Under the pieces are notes generated by a model, which saw only the letters and a program-made list of their open reading frames with translations, searched no databases and was not told the DNA's origin. From Synechocystis sp. PCC 6803 substr. PCC-P (GTDB lineage Bacteria > Cyanobacteriota > Cyanobacteriia > Cyanobacteriales > Microcystaceae), in contig NC_017039.1 of NCBI RefSeq assembly GCF_000284455.1, positions 3,240,001 through 3,272,000 on the forward strand: 32,000 nt of DNA. The letters run 5' to 3'. Position numbers and translations under genes: made by a program. Position 1 is the first letter of the stretch. Every line of letters starts with the position of its first letter. This document shows, in pieces, positions 31,336-32,000 of the stretch.

Positions 31336-31491
31336 ATGAAGCTGAAAGTATTAGTCTGGCAAGAACAAGACCAATGGTGCGCTTCTGTTCCTGCTTTGCC
31401 TGGATGTCACACTTGGGGGAATAGTTACGATCATCTGATGGAAATGGTCAAAGAAGCTGTGGAAGGATGGCTTGAAGTTGCTAGTAAATAA
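31336..31491 (+). CDS. HicB-like small protein (about 51 aa), no C-terminal DNA-binding domain
   Basis: [51 protein letters not shown] matches the HicB-like partial RNase H fold pattern. No HicA-like ORF is adjacent. Confidence 0.78.
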   Translation: MKLKVLVWQEQDQWCASVPALPGCHTWGNSYDHLMEMVKEAVEGWLEVASK

Positions 31492-31519
31492 GAAGAGGCG
31501 ATCGCCAAGAACAACAAGT

Positions 31520-31843
31520 ATGAGCCACACTTTTCAGCAGATTTTACAATTGATAGAGAAACAGGAAGTTAAAATATCTGCCCATGGCTACGACGAACTG
31601 GCCAGCGATAACATTTTTGTGACGGAACTTCTGTCCAGCGTGAATCAAGCCGAGGTTATAGAAGACTATCCTGATTATCCCAAAGGAGCTTGTGTCCTTG
31701 TTTTACAAAAAGATTTACAAAATCAGCCTATCCATGCCGTTTGGGGAATACCCAAAAATTCAGATTCTCCCGCTGTTTTAATTACGGCTTATCGGCCTAG
31801 TAACAACAAATGGGAAAACGACTACAAAACAAGAAAATTATGA
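31520..31843 (+). CDS. DUF4258-like small protein, candidate toxin
   Basis: [60 protein letters not shown]...AVLITAYRP, a DUF4258-type pattern (SAHxxxEL, IEDYP, GxxxLVL, PIHxVW, ITAYRP). Confidence 0.78.
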   Translation: MSHTFQQILQLIEKQEVKISAHGYDELASDNIFVTELLSSVNQAEVIEDYPDYPKGACVLVLQKDLQNQPIHAVWGIPKNSDSPAVLITAYRPSNNKWENDYKTRKL

Positions 31844-32000
31844 ACACCAGAACCCAAACAAAAATTATTCACGAAGGGGACTATATGGCAGAAGTTCAAG
31901 TTGAGCTAACCTACACTGATCATGATTGGTCTCCTTACTTATCTCTTACAGAAGCGCAAAAACTTGATCAACTCAGGCTGGCCCTGCGCAGAAATGATGT
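31840..32000 (+). CDS. Small conserved-type protein overlapping the DUF4258 stop by ATGA, truncated by window edge
   Basis: Not in the ORF track. My translation: [53 protein letters not shown]... The frame is open to the window end. ATG 31840-31842 overlaps the TGA at 31841-31843. Confidence 0.75.
   Translation, partial: MNTRTQTKIIHEGDYMAEVQVELTYTDHDWSPYLSLTEAQKLDQLRLALRRND

Noticed and set aside
1-32000. CRISPR arrays, transposases, phage genes or rRNA
   Set aside because: No regularly spaced repeats and no such protein signatures in any frame. No tRNA cloverleaf noticed by eye, though a tRNAscan run would be needed to exclude one.

Overview
The gene content, the density of GCGATCGC (HIP1) octamers and the gene neighbourhoods all point to a unicellular cyanobacterial chromosome. 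From memory it resembles Synechocystis sp. PCC 6803; no database was searched. Most of the window is housekeeping. It holds an amt-type transporter fragment, a two-TM K+ channel/TrkA-N protein, tig-clpP-clpX, asd-dapA, RNase J, coaE, a transketolase/phosphoketolase-like ThDP enzyme, a site-2 protease with a CBS region, yggS, valS, ndhA-I-G-E, pyrD, sufE and a FGGY kinase. The least ordinary items are: (1) a chromosomal ~1000-aa CyRepA1-like TOPRIM plus helicase (plasmid replication-type) protein, with several short inverted repeats just upstream; (2) a small-ORF cassette at the right edge (HicB-like orphan, DUF4258-like protein, and an ATGA-overlapped unlisted partner ORF), which looks like an uncharacterised toxin-antitoxin-type module; (3) a PIN/Phd vapBC pair whose toxin gene converges on yggS with a 1-nt gap; (4) two copies of a ~95-101 bp palindromic intergenic repeat; (5) a K+ channel-like gene overlapping an Amt gene by ATGA; and (6) a ThDP enzyme mixing transketolase-like and phosphoketolase-like motifs. 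I found no CRISPR array, transposase or rRNA, and no tRNA on reading by eye.
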